A program made the position numbers and the translations under genes. A stretch of DNA of 64,000 nucleotides from a bacterium (lineage in GTDB: Bacteria; Fidelibacterota; Marinisomatia; Marinisomatales; JAHJCW01), in assembly GCA_028282845.1 (NCBI GenBank), contig JANQGY010000015.1, forward strand, positions 77,372 through 141,371, given 5' to 3'. The notes beneath the pieces are model-generated. The model ran no database searches, was not told the origin of the DNA, and was given only the letters and a program-made list of their open reading frames with translations. Below are positions 63,144 through 64,000 of the stretch, in pieces (position 1 is the stretch's first letter; each line of letters begins with the position of its first letter).

Positions 63144-64000
63144 TAATTATTGTCGTTTTCAGTTAAACTTAAAATATCCAATTTTTGCTGAGCGACCTTG
63201 GCTTGCTCCGAATCAGGAAATTTTTTAGTGATCAGAGAATAATATTTGCTTGCGCTATCAGCAATAAATAGTTTGGATTCATATTCATTTGCTAAAAATA
63301 ATAATGCCCTAATTGCTGCTTCCGAATTATTTGCATAACCGATTTTCATGTATTCTTGAAGAGCAAGCTCCTTATTAATCAAATACATTTGTTCCGCTTC
63401 TTTTAATTTTTGCAAACTGCTTTTACCATATTCCATATTTTGATTGGTTGCTCTTAAATGCTCGGCATACTCCGAGTCCGGATATTTATCAATGATCTGC
63501 TTCTCTAATTCTAATGAATAATCTGTATCACCTGACTCCTTAGTAATTATACTCAAAGTATAAAGTGCCTTTGCTGCCATGTCGGAATCGGGATAGTTCG
63601 CAATAATCTTATTGAAGTGGATCATTGAAGTATCAAGCTGATCAAAATGGAATGCCTCCAATTCACCCAAAATATATATATGTTCTACGATCTTGGTTGT
63701 ATCAATTTCTTGCACACCCCCATTATCATCTTGATTGATCAAAATCGAGTTCAGATAATTCTTTGCAGCATTATATTGACTTATTTCTTTTAATCTGATT
63801 TTCGCTTCATCTGAAAAATCAGAATTAGTGTACTCTTTAGATACTTGTTGATAATAGTACTCAGCCTTTTCAAAATCCCTCAAGTTTGAGATATATTCTT
63901 CTCCCAAAAAGTAGAATGCCTCAGCGGATACTTCGGTTTTGGGAAATTGAACAACAATGTCATCAAGTTTTGCTATTGCAGACTCATTACCATTTTCTGA
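63143..64000 (-). CDS. TPR-repeat protein, N-terminus beyond the window
   Basis: The frame stays open to position 64000. The track start at 63907 is merely the first TTG. TPR-like repeats include AEYYYQQV and ALYTLSII. Confidence 0.7.
   Translation of the reverse strand, partial: SENGNESAIAKLDDIVVQFPKTEVSAEAFYFLGEEYISNLRDFEKAEYYYQQVSKEYTNSDFSDEAKIRLKEISQYNAAKNYLNSILINQDDNGGVQEIDTTKIVEHIYILGELEAFHFDQLDTSMIHFNKIIANYPDSDMAAKALYTLSIITKESGDTDYSLELEKQIIDKYPDSEYAEHLRATNQNMEYGKSSLQKLKEAEQMYLINKELALQEYMKIGYANNSEAAIRALLFLANEYESKLFIADSASKYYSLITKKFPDSEQAKVAQQKLDILSLTENDNN

Overview
64-kb chromosomal window from an AT-rich diderm bacterium. The taxon cannot be determined from this sequence. Lipoprotein signals, Omp85 and large OMP genes, a DUF4837-like lipoprotein and GTCATT...AATGAC intergenic palindromes recall FCB-group or Ignavibacteria-like genomes, but that is a memory-based impression only. 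I count about 68 protein-coding genes and 3 tRNAs (Pro-GGG, Arg-CCT, Leu-CAA). There is no rRNA, CRISPR array, transposase or integrase. All but 6 CDS lie on the minus strand. They are tightly packed, with many 1-22 nt start/stop overlaps and a notable number of GTG/TTG starts. The supplied ORF track uses longest ATG/GTG/TTG ORFs, so several starts were corrected by hand. Core blocks are rimP-nusA-infB-rbfA-truB-ribF-rpsO-pnp, gpsA, a fadD-like ligase, lepB, an rnhB::yraN fusion, comEC, pfk, accA, envelope glycosylation genes, lepA and pyrK-pyrD. Five things stand out. (1) A thioredoxin-fold/TPR lipoprotein gene (44655-45701) has its N-terminal part hidden behind an in-frame TGA exactly at the first Cys of the CxxC motif, making it a candidate selenoprotein. 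(2) A roughly 7-kb AT-rich defence-type island (23.2-30.0 kb) holds a RES-Xre toxin-antitoxin pair, a two-methyltransferase plus DUF262-HNH restriction-modification-like module, and an uncharacterised overlapping gene pair (a 2-TM coiled-coil protein and a membrane-anchored PD-(D/E)xK/Mrr-like nuclease-domain protein). Copies of a bipartite repeat of about 100 bp separate the cassettes. (3) A non-canonical thiolase-like heteropair is fused to tandem DUF35 domains. (4) An 8-gene operon encodes small membrane proteins together with a C_GCAxxG_C_C protein. (5) Four intergenic islands carry nested palindromic repeats. All functional calls come from my own reading of motifs; no database search or folding program was available.
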